Below, piece by piece: positions 24,515 through 34,375 of a stretch of DNA of 64,000 bases (its first letter is position 1; every line of letters starts with the position of its first letter). The notes beneath the pieces were generated by a model. That model saw only the letters and a program-made list of their open reading frames with translations. It searched no databases and had not been told where the DNA came from. The position numbers were made by a program, and so were the translations under genes. Source of the stretch: Bacteroidota bacterium. GTDB lineage: Bacteria > Bacteroidota > Rhodothermia > Rhodothermales > JAHQVL01. The stretch spans positions 4,974 to 68,973 of the forward strand of contig JBCCIM010000003.1 in NCBI GenBank assembly GCA_039111535.1, written 5' to 3'.

Positions 24515-26818
24515 ATGAATAATCGCACCGCCTTGTTTCCAGTCCGCGCCTTGTTGCTCGCAGCCTGTTTGCTGGTTGCCTTTACGCAAATAACAACCGC
24601 CCAGCCAGCGCAGACCCAGAGCTCAATCGAAGGTATAATCCGTGCATCGGATGGCATGCCGGTCCCTTTTGCCAACATCACGGTGAAAGGCACTGCCGAG
24701 GGCACAGCTGCAGACATTAACGGGCACTACACGCTTACACTGAATCTCGCAGCGAATGCCAAAAACCGTACGGTAACGCTTGTTGCTGCAGCCATTGGAT
24801 TCCAGTCTTCAGCAACCACCCTTACTGTTAACACCACATCCACTTACACATTAGATTTCAACCTGGATGAAGGTTTGCTGGAATTAGATGGTATTGTTGT
24901 TTCTGGCAATCTGGTCGAGACGCATGTCAAAGACACCCCCGTCAAAGTAGATGTGATTTCAGCCCGTTACCTGGAGAAAATTCCATCAGCAAACATTATG
25001 GAGGCACTCGAAAATGTAAACGGCCTCTCTCAGCAAATTGATTGCGGTGTGTGCGGCACCAATAACATTCGTATCAATGGTATGGACGGGCCCTACACGG
25101 CCGTGCTCATTGACGGCATGCCCATCATGAGTAGCCTTGCAACGGTGTACGGGTTAAATGGCATCAGTCCAGCCCTTATCCAGCAAATTGAAGTTGTCAA
25201 AGGTCCCATGTCTACCCTCTATGGGTCAGAAGCCATGGGGGGTGTCATCAATATCATTACCAAACAAGCACAGACAGCACCCGGCCTTACCCTGAACGCC
25301 TTTGGGACAAGCGACGGCGAATACGCCATGGATATCGGTGTTGTACCAACCCGCGGCAAACTGTCTACGCTCGTTTCAAGCACCCTCTTTTACAATGACA
25401 GGTTTGTAGATAAGAATGGCGACAACTTCTCTGACCTCACACTAAACAAACGCGCCTCTTTATTTGGAAAAGCGTTGCTGACTGATGAGGAGGGGTTCAA
25501 AAGGCTTGCCGTCTCTGCCCGCTACTATTTCGAAGACCGTATGGGCGGGACGCATGACTTCATTAGTCAATTCACGCCCGCGTTGCGTGGTTCTGACCAA
25601 CTCTACGGCGAAACGATCAAAACATCGCGTGTTGAATTGCTGGGTAGTTACTACTTCCCTTTCACAGCCCCACTCAGGCTTGACATAGCATTCAACACCC
25701 ATGCGCAGGAGAGCTTTTACGGCGACCAGCAATACGACGCGCGACAGCTTGTAGCGTATGCCCAGGCGGTTTTACCGCTGTATTTAAATCCGGCCAACAC
25801 GCTCACATTGGGCGCCGCCATGCGGTTACAGCAGTACGATGACAACACCGGGGCCACAGGTGTGTTTGCAGGAGATATGCTCATCCAAAACCAGGTAGAT
25901 ACCCGGCAAACGCCAGGCATTTTTGCACAACACGAACTCCTGCCGACGCAAAACATGCGACTGCTAACCGGCTTGCGGCTGGACTATCAGGAAAGCCACG
26001 GCATTATTCCGTCTCCCCGCGTAAGTCTTAAAGTTAATCCGGCTGACAACACAACACTGCGTTTCAATGCCGGCACCGGCTTTCGCATTGTAAACCTCTT
26101 CACGGAAGACCACGCAGCCTACGCTGGTGCCCGCGCTACCGTGCTATTGGAGAAAATTAAACCCGAACGCTCGGTAAACGGCACCATCAGTGCGCAACAA
26201 ATTGTGCCCATCCCAGCAGGGCCGCTCACTGTCGACCTGGATGTCTTCTACTCTTATTTCACAAACAAAATCACACCTGACTATGCGACACCAGGTGTGA
26301 TCCGCTATGAAAATCTGGATGGCAGCGCCACAACGCGTGGCATCTCGCTGTCGCTGAATCAGAATTTTATTGGTTCAGGACTGCGTTACACGCTCGGTGG
26401 GACCTTGCTGGATGTGTTTACAAAAGAAATGGGCGAGAAACAGGCATTGGAATTTGCGCCGGCATTTGAAGGCGTCGCAAGCATTACGTACGACGTGGCG
26501 CTTGTCAACCTGACGATAGATTACACGGCCAACCTGAAAGGTCCCATGCACCTGCCAGTGTTTGCAAGCCCCTTTGAGCGTCCTGATACTTCTCCTGCGT
26601 TCAGCGTGCACAACCTGCAGGTCACGCGTGAATTCAACACCGGGGCTGGCGACATCGTGCAAGTATATGCAGCTGTCGAGAACCTGTTTGATTACACGCA
26701 GCCAGCACCATTAATAGATCCTGGCAATCCGTTTGGTCCTAACTTTGACACCTCCTACGTATACGGCCCCATTCACGGCCGGCACTTTGGCCTTGGCGTG
26801 CGGCTGATGGCGCGCTAA
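24515..26818 (+). CDS. TonB-dependent receptor with an N-terminal carboxypeptidase-regulatory-like domain
   Basis: The internal ATG at 24515 gives the signal peptide MNNRTALFPVRALLLAACLLVAFTQITTAQ. It has a CarbopepD_reg-like domain (IEGIIRASDGMPVPFANITVKGT...TAADINGHYTL), a plug (IRINGMDGPYTAVLIDGMP...VVKGPMSTLYGSEAMGGVINIITK) and a terminal barrel strand ending in F/R-rich sequence. Confidence 0.85.
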   Translation: MNNRTALFPVRALLLAACLLVAFTQITTAQPAQTQSSIEGIIRASDGMPVPFANITVKGTAEGTAADINGHYTLTLNLAANAKNRTVTLVAAAIGFQSSATTLTVNTTSTYTLDFNLDEGLLELDGIVVSGNLVETHVKDTPVKVDVISARYLEKIPSANIMEALENVNGLSQQIDCGVCGTNNIRINGMDGPYTAVLIDGMPIMSSLATVYGLNGISPALIQQIEVVKGPMSTLYGSEAMGGVINIITKQAQTAPGLTLNAFGTSDGEYAMDIGVVPTRGKLSTLVSSTLFYNDRFVDKNGDNFSDLTLNKRASLFGKALLTDEEGFKRLAVSARYYFEDRMGGTHDFISQFTPALRGSDQLYGETIKTSRVELLGSYYFPFTAPLRLDIAFNTHAQESFYGDQQYDARQLVAYAQAVLPLYLNPANTLTLGAAMRLQQYDDNTGATGVFAGDMLIQNQVDTRQTPGIFAQHELLPTQNMRLLTGLRLDYQESHGIIPSPRVSLKVNPADNTTLRFNAGTGFRIVNLFTEDHAAYAGARATVLLEKIKPERSVNGTISAQQIVPIPAGPLTVDLDVFYSYFTNKITPDYATPGVIRYENLDGSATTRGISLSLNQNFIGSGLRYTLGGTLLDVFTKEMGEKQALEFAPAFEGVASITYDVALVNLTIDYTANLKGPMHLPVFASPFERPDTSPAFSVHNLQVTREFNTGAGDIVQVYAAVENLFDYTQPAPLIDPGNPFGPNFDTSYVYGPIHGRHFGLGVRLMAR

Positions 26819-26842
26819 AACCCAACAAGTACTTGCTCGATG

Positions 26843-27361
26843 TTAGCGCAATTGCTTGCTCATTTTTGCAATCTGGAGCGCAGACATACTTTCAGGTTCG
26901 TCCTGCTCCTCCAGTTCTTCCCACTTCTGGCTGGTCACAATGGCTTCCAGGTTTTCGAGCCGGCGCTGTAATTTTTTGATTTTCTCGTCTTTTGCGCTGG
27001 TAATATTGATGAGCTTGCGCTTTTCGACGGGTGCAATTTCTATTTCAGATAGCTGTTCAGGCAGCTCTTCCCCATACATAAACTCGTGAAGCATCGCCTC
27101 TTCCCATTTGCGCTCAACTGAACCTTTTCTGCCAAAAACACGCTTCCAGTGAACAAACAACACGCTTCCCCAGGAGAGAAAAGGTAGAAGGAACAAAGGA
27201 CCGTCGGGCCCCTGGGTCACATTCAGCATAAAAAAGGCCATGTTGAATGTAAAAAAGGCTGCCGCATGAAAACCAAATTTCTTGACGTCATTGATGCGGT
27301 CTTTAACGGAGGCGAGGAGGCCTTTTGCTTCGCGGCGTGTCATAGGAGTTGTGTTTTTCAT
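26843..27361 (-). CDS. 2TM domain-containing membrane protein with a C-terminal coiled coil
   Basis: FGFHAAAFFTFNMAFFMLNV....LFLLPFLSWGSVLFVHW has the 2TM pattern. The tail is charged and helical. Confidence 0.6.
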   Translation of the reverse strand: MKNTTPMTRREAKGLLASVKDRINDVKKFGFHAAAFFTFNMAFFMLNVTQGPDGPLFLLPFLSWGSVLFVHWKRVFGRKGSVERKWEEAMLHEFMYGEELPEQLSEIEIAPVEKRKLINITSAKDEKIKKLQRRLENLEAIVTSQKWEELEEQDEPESMSALQIAKMSKQLR

Positions 27362-27473
27362 CCAAAATAAAAACGATACCCAAAGGGTACGGGACTATTT
27401 AGACAAAAGTTGTTCTATCCCCGCAGAAAAGTGTTGCATGAGCCTGTCTCATGCCGGCGATCTTCAATGCCAG

Positions 27474-28244
27474 CTATCGAAAATACCAGCAAACCATTGC
27501 TGCAACAGCCCCGGCAAGCGTACAACAGCAGTTAACCATGTTGTTGTCCATCCACCGCAGCCCGCTAATAAGATGGGTACGCTCGTCAGGGTACTCACTT
27601 ACTTCACCCGTCTGCTGATTTTGATAGCGAGCCTGCACCGCTGCCCCAAGCAAGCTATCTGCAAGGCTACCAGCAATACCTGCAAGGGCAATACACAAGA
27701 AGAGATGTAAGTCAATCCCTGATCCACTGTACCACGCAATACCACCAATCAGGCCGGCGCCGATGGCCCCCCCAAGCGTGCCCTGCCAACTCATTCCGCC
27801 AGAAGTACCGCGGGACACAACCCGGCCCGTTAGAATTGAACGTGTAACGCCATTGCCCAGCCGCCCCAACTCGGTCCCCCAGGTATCTGCTGTAGCCGCA
27901 GCTAAGGCGCCGGCAAATCCTACATAGCATAAAAGGGCATTTGTATTAAATGCGCTCAGTAGCAACAGCCCCCATGCTACGCCGCCATTGCTCAGCACCT
28001 GCCAAGCATCCCGAACATCCTCCCCTCTTTCTGCATCTTGCGAAGTTATTTTATTGATTTTGGAAAGGATACTTGAAGTTGCGAAAAAAAACAGGACCGG
28101 TGCAATCCAGGCAGCCCCCCCCAATACCAGCAGAGAAAAGCCAAAGAATGCGGCCGTTGCAGCGCCGGCAAATGACAACCATTTCAGTCGATACGTTGCC
28201 AGCAGGAAGCCGGCACAAATCGCGAAATACAAAAAAAACTTCAT
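27474..28244 (-). CDS. DUF92/TMEM19-family integral membrane protein
   Basis: 256 aa and polytopic. The ATADTWGTELG and RGTSGGMSWQGTLGG...GSLADSLLGA motifs are typical of DUF92. Confidence 0.7.
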   Translation of the reverse strand: MKFFLYFAICAGFLLATYRLKWLSFAGAATAAFFGFSLLVLGGAAWIAPVLFFFATSSILSKINKITSQDAERGEDVRDAWQVLSNGGVAWGLLLLSAFNTNALLCYVGFAGALAAATADTWGTELGRLGNGVTRSILTGRVVSRGTSGGMSWQGTLGGAIGAGLIGGIAWYSGSGIDLHLFLCIALAGIAGSLADSLLGAAVQARYQNQQTGEVSEYPDERTHLISGLRWMDNNMVNCCCTLAGAVAAMVCWYFR

Positions 28245-28511
28245 TTATCCTTCATCATTCTTATATTCTGCCATTCGCAACCCAAAACCACCTGTTCATA
28301 ACAACATCAATTAGCAAAGCAACCCAGCGACAAATTGCGGACATCAGCCGGCACGACCTGCAATATCTCCACACTCTCTCTGTCTTTTAGAGAGGATATT
28401 AACAGAGATATCTCTTTTTTTCAGGTTTAATGTTACGCAATTCTCTTTAGCTGCAAATTCCCGCGTGTGAATTTCAGTTTCTCCCGGATTTACCCTAATG
28501 TACCGAATAAC

Positions 28512-29759
28512 ATGAATCGTAAAGCGATAAGTTCAGGCGTTTTTCTACTGGTTCTCCTTTTATCCTCTTCCCTTTCATCAAATCAATTACTCTGGGCCCA
28601 AGACGCCCCAAGTGCTGGAGATGACGCATACAACGTTCGAGAAGACAGTTCACTGAGTGTCACAGCTCCCGGCCTCTACTTCAACGACAACCTGCCAACC
28701 GACTCCCTTTTCCTGATCCTCGTTGACCCGCCTGCAAACGGTGAAGTCACGATCGCGCAAGATGGGTCGTTTTCTTACGTCCCTGATCTTGGGTTTGATG
28801 GTACGGATTCGTTTTCCTATATGCTCAAAACGCTGCCAAAACAAGAGTTGGCAGTTGACTCAACACGGTCCAGCCTGAACTTCGACATGGAAGTATCGCT
28901 TCCTATCGGTACGGACGACGATAATATTACCGTTAGTATCGGTGGCATGACATCTATGTTCTTGCAACCAGACAACGAACCGTTTGAGCAAGCACAATTG
29001 TATGAAATGGACCTGGTTGTCACGGACTCGATAGACTTGGCTTTCAGGTTTGGAGGCCTCATTACGCTCGGCCGGCTCTTTGTGGATGCAACACCCGGTG
29101 CATTTAATCTGAACCTGTCGGAGCGCGGCGCCCCGTCAGGTGTAACCGACGGCTTGTTTACCCAGGAAGCCAACAAAATCAGTGTGATTGGCACAGTAAA
29201 TCTAGAAGGCACAGGGCTCATCGCTGGAGAAATCCCGGATGACCCGCAGGACTTCGACACCGAAACGGAAACGGATATTACCATACAGACTGCAGTAGCA
29301 GACACCTTATTGACTGCAGAACTTCCAGTATCGCTGGAAGAGGAATTTGACTTGAGTGGCACAGAAGTACTCCTCAAGGTAGATGGTACATTGTTCGCCT
29401 CAGGCAAACTAAAGCCTTCGCTAGAATCAAACGTAGCCACGGTGTCCATTACCGTAGAGCCACTCATCCGCGCGGATGTGGATAGAGAGTTGCCCTTCCA
29501 GTACGCCCTCTCTCAGAATTTCCCGAACCCATTCAATCCAGTCACCACCATTGAATACAGCATCCCTACAGCAGAGCAGGTTACCTTACGGGTATTCAAT
29601 ATGCTCGGACGCGAAGTTGCAACGCTTGTTGAAGGCATACAGGCGCCAGGCATTCACGAAGTGCAATTCAATGCCGGCAACCTGCCAAGCGGCATGTACG
29701 TCTACCGCCTTGAAGCCAGTGGTTTTAATGAAACCAAAAAGCTGGTACTGCTAAAATAA
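28512..29759 (+). CDS. Cadherin-like/Ig-like domain protein with a T9SS C-terminal sorting domain
   Basis: The internal ATG at 28512 gives a signal peptide. DDAYNVREDSSLSV....NGEVTIAQDGSFSYVPDLGFDGTDSFSY is a bacterial cadherin-like repeat. The C-terminus reads NFPNPFNPVTTIEYSIP...LRVFNMLGREV...GMYVYRLEA. Confidence 0.75.
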   Translation: MNRKAISSGVFLLVLLLSSSLSSNQLLWAQDAPSAGDDAYNVREDSSLSVTAPGLYFNDNLPTDSLFLILVDPPANGEVTIAQDGSFSYVPDLGFDGTDSFSYMLKTLPKQELAVDSTRSSLNFDMEVSLPIGTDDDNITVSIGGMTSMFLQPDNEPFEQAQLYEMDLVVTDSIDLAFRFGGLITLGRLFVDATPGAFNLNLSERGAPSGVTDGLFTQEANKISVIGTVNLEGTGLIAGEIPDDPQDFDTETETDITIQTAVADTLLTAELPVSLEEEFDLSGTEVLLKVDGTLFASGKLKPSLESNVATVSITVEPLIRADVDRELPFQYALSQNFPNPFNPVTTIEYSIPTAEQVTLRVFNMLGREVATLVEGIQAPGIHEVQFNAGNLPSGMYVYRLEASGFNETKKLVLLK

Positions 29760-29779
29760 ACCCACGCTTCATAGCCTAT

Positions 29780-29817
29780 AAAAAATCCCTTTCCGGTACG
29801 CCGGCAAGGGATTTTTT
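29780..29817. terminator. Bidirectional rho-independent terminator
   Basis: AAAAAA-TCCCTTTCCGG-tacg-CCGGCAAGGGA-TTTTTT. The stem has one mismatch. It lies between convergent genes. Confidence 0.7.
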
Positions 29818-29842
29818 ATTTCGATACCTGCAGGGTACCTCT

Positions 29843-30253
29843 TCAGCCAGCCCCTACGTCAGCATGCTGCGCGTTGTCCATTTTGTTTTTCAGGATCATC
29901 CAACCAACAAATGACACGATCATAATGATCAGGCCATAAACTGGTGCAATCATCGAAACCCGCAATCCTCCAACAAGCATGGCCGGGCTTACACCCCCCA
30001 TCGCTTCGATCGCCTGAAAAGCTGACATCAACCCCAATGCTTGAGACAAAATGCCAAGGAAAAAGGCCAGAATGCCAAGTTGTACAATCAGATTGATCCG
30101 AACCTGGTTTTGTGCTGCGATACTTTTCCCGGCACTACCAAAAAGATCAATGCCCTTTTTAATCATCAGGATAAGAATCGTTATTCCCAATACCGTCAAC
30201 GGTATCATAAACATACCGCCTGCACTAAAATACCCGCCCATTCCAGACCTCAA
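29843..30253 (-). CDS. Short MotA/TolQ/ExbB-family proton-channel protein
   Basis: 136 aa with 3 TM helices. GILSQALGLMSAFQAI....SPAMLVGGLRVSMIAPVYGLIIMIVSF follows the ExbB/TolQ C-terminal pattern. Confidence 0.6.
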   Translation of the reverse strand: MRSGMGGYFSAGGMFMIPLTVLGITILILMIKKGIDLFGSAGKSIAAQNQVRINLIVQLGILAFFLGILSQALGLMSAFQAIEAMGGVSPAMLVGGLRVSMIAPVYGLIIMIVSFVGWMILKNKMDNAQHADVGAG

Positions 30254-30481
30254 GTTTTGTTATCGCAATGCCTTCAATTTAACCCTGCCGGCCACTGTTT
30301 CAGTTTACAAAACAGAGATATGAGTACCAACCAACTGCTGGTTATTGCACAGACCAGCCCTATGCTGCATTTCGTCGACTAAACTCGGTAGAATCCTGCT
30401 ACACGCGTATATGTAACCATCAGCAAGGCCAAACTCCGCATTTTTGACGTATCTTGTCATTCCAGTTTTCTGTTTCAAATC

Positions 30482-31603
30482 ATGCAAACATCCAGGCCCA
30501 TCAGTCAGCCAGATCCCCTGCAATGGATCTCTAGCCTGCTTCTGTACAAAGCACGCCCGCTTGGGCACGTGGCCTTCTGGCTTGGTGTACTATTCTTCTA
30601 TACCCTCTATTTTGGTGGCCGACAAGATGGGTATGAGCAAAATCTGGTCTTTATTGGCCTCTTGTTGCCCATCACTATTGCAACAACCTATTTCCTGCTT
30701 TACTGGCTGATTCCACGCTACCTCTTCACCCAACGGTACGGGCTTTTTATTCTATACCTGTGTTACTCGCTACTCTTTTCGCTGTACCTGGAACTGCTGC
30801 TGGTCCTGCTGCTCTACATCAATGTGTCTGGTTACCAGACAATGTTTGTAAAACCTGGCCTGGTCGACCTGCTCGATGTACTGGTTGGGATGTACCTCGT
30901 CGTTGCGCTGGCAGTGGCGATCAACCTGCTTAAACGGTGGTCTTCCGCGCAGGCACAAAATGCTGCGCTGGAGAAAGCCAAAATGGAAACAGAACTCAAA
31001 CTAAAAGAAGCAGAACTGCAGCTGTTGAAATCACAAATACACCCACATTTCCTGTTTAATACCCTCAACAACTTGTACGCGCTTGCGCTTGAGAAATCAC
31101 CACATGTGCCAGATGTGATACTCAGGATTTCTCAACAACTCGACTACATTCTCCATAAAAGCAACCAGGCCGAGGTTAGTCTGGATGAAGAACTTGGTCA
31201 GTTGCAAAACTACATCTCCCTTGAAGCCCTGCGCCACGACCCAGAGCGGGTATCCGTCTCTTTCGAGACCACAGGTAATACACAGCATTTATCAATTGCC
31301 CCTCTCCTGCTGATCCCTTTTGTAGAGAATAGTTTTAAACATGGCATTGATGGTTCAGCAGCGAAAGCCTGGATTAAAATTCAGACTGAAGTTGCGGATG
31401 ATAAGCTTCATTTCTCGGTATCCAACAGCATGCTCCACCCCAAAGCACAACTTACTCTGAAAAGGCCTCCTATTGCTTCTGGCATTGGACTTCGCAATGT
31501 CCGCCGGCGCCTTACGCTGCATTACCCAAACCGGCACACCCTCGACATCAGCCATACTGACGCAATGTATTCTGTTAACCTCACCCTGCTGCTCCATGCC
31601 TAA
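30482..31603 (+). CDS. LytS/YehU-type sensor histidine kinase (His_kinase PF06580-like)
   Basis: N-terminal TM helices, a coiled coil, the H-box QIHPHFLFNTLNNLYALA and an ATPase region (LLLIPFVENSFKHG...GIGLRNVRRRL). Confidence 0.8.
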   Translation: MQTSRPISQPDPLQWISSLLLYKARPLGHVAFWLGVLFFYTLYFGGRQDGYEQNLVFIGLLLPITIATTYFLLYWLIPRYLFTQRYGLFILYLCYSLLFSLYLELLLVLLLYINVSGYQTMFVKPGLVDLLDVLVGMYLVVALAVAINLLKRWSSAQAQNAALEKAKMETELKLKEAELQLLKSQIHPHFLFNTLNNLYALALEKSPHVPDVILRISQQLDYILHKSNQAEVSLDEELGQLQNYISLEALRHDPERVSVSFETTGNTQHLSIAPLLLIPFVENSFKHGIDGSAAKAWIKIQTEVADDKLHFSVSNSMLHPKAQLTLKRPPIASGIGLRNVRRRLTLHYPNRHTLDISHTDAMYSVNLTLLLHA

Positions 31604-32306
31604 AACGCGCTGCATGATTGTTGATGATGAGCCGCTCGCCGTCCGTGTGATTGCGTTGCATCTCGAGCAAGTACACGACATGGAGGTGGTAGCAACTTGC
31701 ACGCGGGCACTTGATGCCTATGCCCAGTTGCAAGACACGGCAATTGATCTGCTTTTTCTTGACATCCATATGCCAACGCTAAGTGGCATCGACCTCATCA
31801 AATCGCTTGAGCAGCCCCCAAGGGTGATCTTCACAACGGCGCATCGCGACTACGCACTCGAAGGCTTTGAACTAGATGTTGTTGACTACCTGCTGAAGCC
31901 TGTTGCACTTCCGCGCCTGTTGCGGGCACTCGACAAGTACCGCCGGCTGGTATTGCCAGCAGACGCCCACCCTGCGCATGAGCAGCCGGCTTCGCATCAC
32001 ATTATCATCCGTGCAAACAGACAAACCGTACGGCTGGACATCAACGATATTGTGTACATCGAAAGCCTGAGCGATTACGTTCAGATCTTCACCGACAGTG
32101 AAGTCATTATAACTAAAGAGAGGATTAGCCACCTCGAAGAGAAGCTTGAGAAACGCGGATTCCTACGCATCCATCGCTCTTTTCTGGTGGCAGAACGCAA
32201 GGTCCGCGCTTACAAAACAGAAACACTGACTATCGGGGACAAAACGCTGCCCATTAGCCGCACCTATAGAATGCGCGTAAAGAAGGTGCTGGATGCACTA
32301 CGTTGA
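31596..32306 (+). CDS. LytTR-family response regulator
   Basis: The internal ATG at 31596 overlaps the kinase stop by 8 nt. The receiver reads CMIVDDEPLAV...LLFLDIHMP...IFTTAH. The LytTR domain reads VYIESLSDYVQIFT....LRIHRSFLV. Confidence 0.85.
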   Translation: MPKTRCMIVDDEPLAVRVIALHLEQVHDMEVVATCTRALDAYAQLQDTAIDLLFLDIHMPTLSGIDLIKSLEQPPRVIFTTAHRDYALEGFELDVVDYLLKPVALPRLLRALDKYRRLVLPADAHPAHEQPASHHIIIRANRQTVRLDINDIVYIESLSDYVQIFTDSEVIITKERISHLEEKLEKRGFLRIHRSFLVAERKVRAYKTETLTIGDKTLPISRTYRMRVKKVLDALR

Positions 32307-32319
32307 GGGTTAGCGAGGC

Positions 32320-32569
32320 GATCGCGAATCAAGTTCGGGAGACGGCTTTGGCTCCGGTTGTTGATTTTACGCTGCGCCTGGTGCTATGAGATCCCGAATC
32401 AAGTTCGGGATACGGCTTTGGCTCTGTTTGTTGATTTTACGCTGCGCTAAGCCCCATGAGATCCCGAATCACGTTCGGGCTCTGTTTGTTGATTTTACGC
32501 TGCGCTAAGCCCCATGAGATCCCGAATCACGTTCGGGATACGGCTTTGGCTCTGTTTGTTGATTTTTTT
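32320..32569. repeat. Tandem array of about 70-bp units (70, 70, 58 and about 50 bp), each carrying a CCCGAA-tca(a/c)g-TTCGGG hairpin
   Basis: Units start at 32320, 32390, 32460 and 32518. The consensus is gatcccgaatcaagttcgggatacggctttggctctgtttgttgattttacgctgcgctaagccccatga. Unit 3 lacks atacggctttgg. The whole unit repeats, so there are no unique spacers. Confidence 0.9.
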
Positions 32570-32577
32570 GACAAAGC

Positions 32578-33615
32578 CTAATTCAACTTAATGCGTAAAG
32601 AGGCCATTGCACGTGGCTCGCCGCTGCCGTTGCTTCCGATTTCTAGGGAAGGGACAACACGGTCGTTGTGCAGCTTTGCTGATACGGCTGCTTCGATGGC
32701 AGAGATAAAGTGGGTTGCTATGAGTAGCGTAGTCACGCGGGAAGCACGGCGCAGTACATCGTTAGCGTGTGCATGATCAGTAGCATACTGGAAGAAGCGC
32801 GGCGAGACGTTGGGTCGGCTATCATCGGGGCCGGTCATCGATGGGTCAATAGCAGCTGTGTATTCGCCGTTCTCAGAACGCCAAGCCGGATAATCTTCCC
32901 AGCCTGGTGCAAACTGATAATACTTGCCAACGAGTTCATAATACTGCTGCTCACTAAAATCAGGCAGCGTATGCGAGAAAGCAGCAAGGGTCTCCAGGTG
33001 AAACATCTCGCGTTCTAGCGACTGGATCTGCGAGAAGAAATCCAAAACAACAGCCCATTCCATATCATTCCAGGCATCAGGATTTCGAAAATCAATCTGA
33101 TTGGGCACCCCAACTGCCGGCGAAACAACCGTAGCATTAAAGTTCGTTTGCAGATAACTGCTGTAATCGTTCAGCCAGTTTGCGTATTTAGCCGGATCCC
33201 AAAAGGCATGGGCATACTGCTGGTAATCACCCTCAAGATTTGTCCCCTGGTTATTCCATACAATTGCTCCGGTAATAACCGCAGCTTCGATGGCAAACGC
33301 TGCAATGGCTTTGCCCCACTGCTTATTGTAAGCCTGCCCCAGTCCGGGTATTAATGCAGACATACCAAAAGCTGCGCCTACGCTTCGCTTTTTCGGTGCT
33401 TTCTCAGGAAAAACACCTTGCGCAGGTGCAAACTGCAGCGGTTGCTCATAGAGCAGAGCAGCTTTCAGGCTACCTTGCGTATGGGCGTGCGCCTTCTTCG
33501 GTTTTTTATCGTCATCATCCTCGACGGGTGATGCGTTGGCTGAGCATATGCCAAAACCCAGCAATAACAAGGCAAGCAAAAAAGAGGTTTGCTGTGCAAC
33601 TTTCATGATGCGCAA
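32578..33615 (-). CDS. DUF5683-like membrane/secreted protein
   Basis: Signal peptide. SALIPGLGQAYNKQWGKA followed by a hydrophobic helix resembles the DUF5683 signature as I recall it. The remainder is unassigned. Confidence 0.5.
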   Translation of the reverse strand: MRIMKVAQQTSFLLALLLLGFGICSANASPVEDDDDKKPKKAHAHTQGSLKAALLYEQPLQFAPAQGVFPEKAPKKRSVGAAFGMSALIPGLGQAYNKQWGKAIAAFAIEAAVITGAIVWNNQGTNLEGDYQQYAHAFWDPAKYANWLNDYSSYLQTNFNATVVSPAVGVPNQIDFRNPDAWNDMEWAVVLDFFSQIQSLEREMFHLETLAAFSHTLPDFSEQQYYELVGKYYQFAPGWEDYPAWRSENGEYTAAIDPSMTGPDDSRPNVSPRFFQYATDHAHANDVLRRASRVTTLLIATHFISAIEAAVSAKLHNDRVVPSLEIGSNGSGEPRAMASLRIKLN

Positions 33616-33643
33616 CCCTAGATCTATTTACAAATATGGGGCA

Positions 33644-34288
33644 TTAAAGATACGGGGCGATGGAGGCCTTGAAGAACTCATAATTTCTGGCACCCAGAAT
33701 GAACTCACGGATGGTGCCATCGCGGTCGATTACGTAGGACTCAGGCCGGCCTTCCATCATTTTGACATACGGCAGCGGAAGCGCCATCCCGTCATCGATG
33801 TAGCCGCTTTCTGTATCCAGCGGTATAAATTCGTTGAACGCGACCAGTTCTTCCCGACTTTCATCAGAAATGGTAATCACCCGCAGGCCTTGCTCGCGGT
33901 AATCCGCATAAAGGCGGTTGAGATCAGGCATTTCATCGAGGCATGGCGGACACCAGGTTGCCCAGAAATTGAGCAGCACTACTTCCCCTTTGTAATCGTC
34001 CAAAGATTTCGATTCCTCAGAGCCGAGCAAGGTAAAAGAGAACGCCGGCGCATCCCTGCCAACCGATGATTTCTGATCAGAAAACGGACCATGTACGGTG
34101 TCGCCGATGGTAAAACCCATCACCAGTAACATGCCAGAGAACACAATCAACAGTGCAGACAGGCCAACGCCAATCAACTCAGTCGGCGTCCGGGTATTCG
34201 GTTTTTTATTCCGGATTATCATGTAGATAAACCCCAGACCCACAAGCATCATCACAATGGCAGATGAAATCAGCGTATTCAGGTCCAT
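33644..34288 (-). CDS. TlpA/ResA-like thiol:disulfide oxidoreductase, membrane anchored
   Basis: Two N-terminal hydrophobic helices, followed by APAFSF....GEVVLLNFWATWCPPCLDEMP. Confidence 0.8.
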   Translation of the reverse strand: MDLNTLISSAIVMMLVGLGFIYMIIRNKKPNTRTPTELIGVGLSALLIVFSGMLLVMGFTIGDTVHGPFSDQKSSVGRDAPAFSFTLLGSEESKSLDDYKGEVVLLNFWATWCPPCLDEMPDLNRLYADYREQGLRVITISDESREELVAFNEFIPLDTESGYIDDGMALPLPYVKMMEGRPESYVIDRDGTIREFILGARNYEFFKASIAPYL

Positions 34289-34375
34289 GTCTGTACTATA
34301 TCTGTTTAATTAACCCTTACAGTGTTACGCCTAAAATAGGCTCCTGGTTTTATGACAAGGCAAGAAGTTGAACTA

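Noticed and set aside
32320-32569. Possible CRISPR array (regularly spaced hairpin-containing repeats)
   Set aside because: The entire ~70-bp unit repeats, including the inter-hairpin sequence. There are no unique spacers and no cas genes in the window. It is a tandem repeat.
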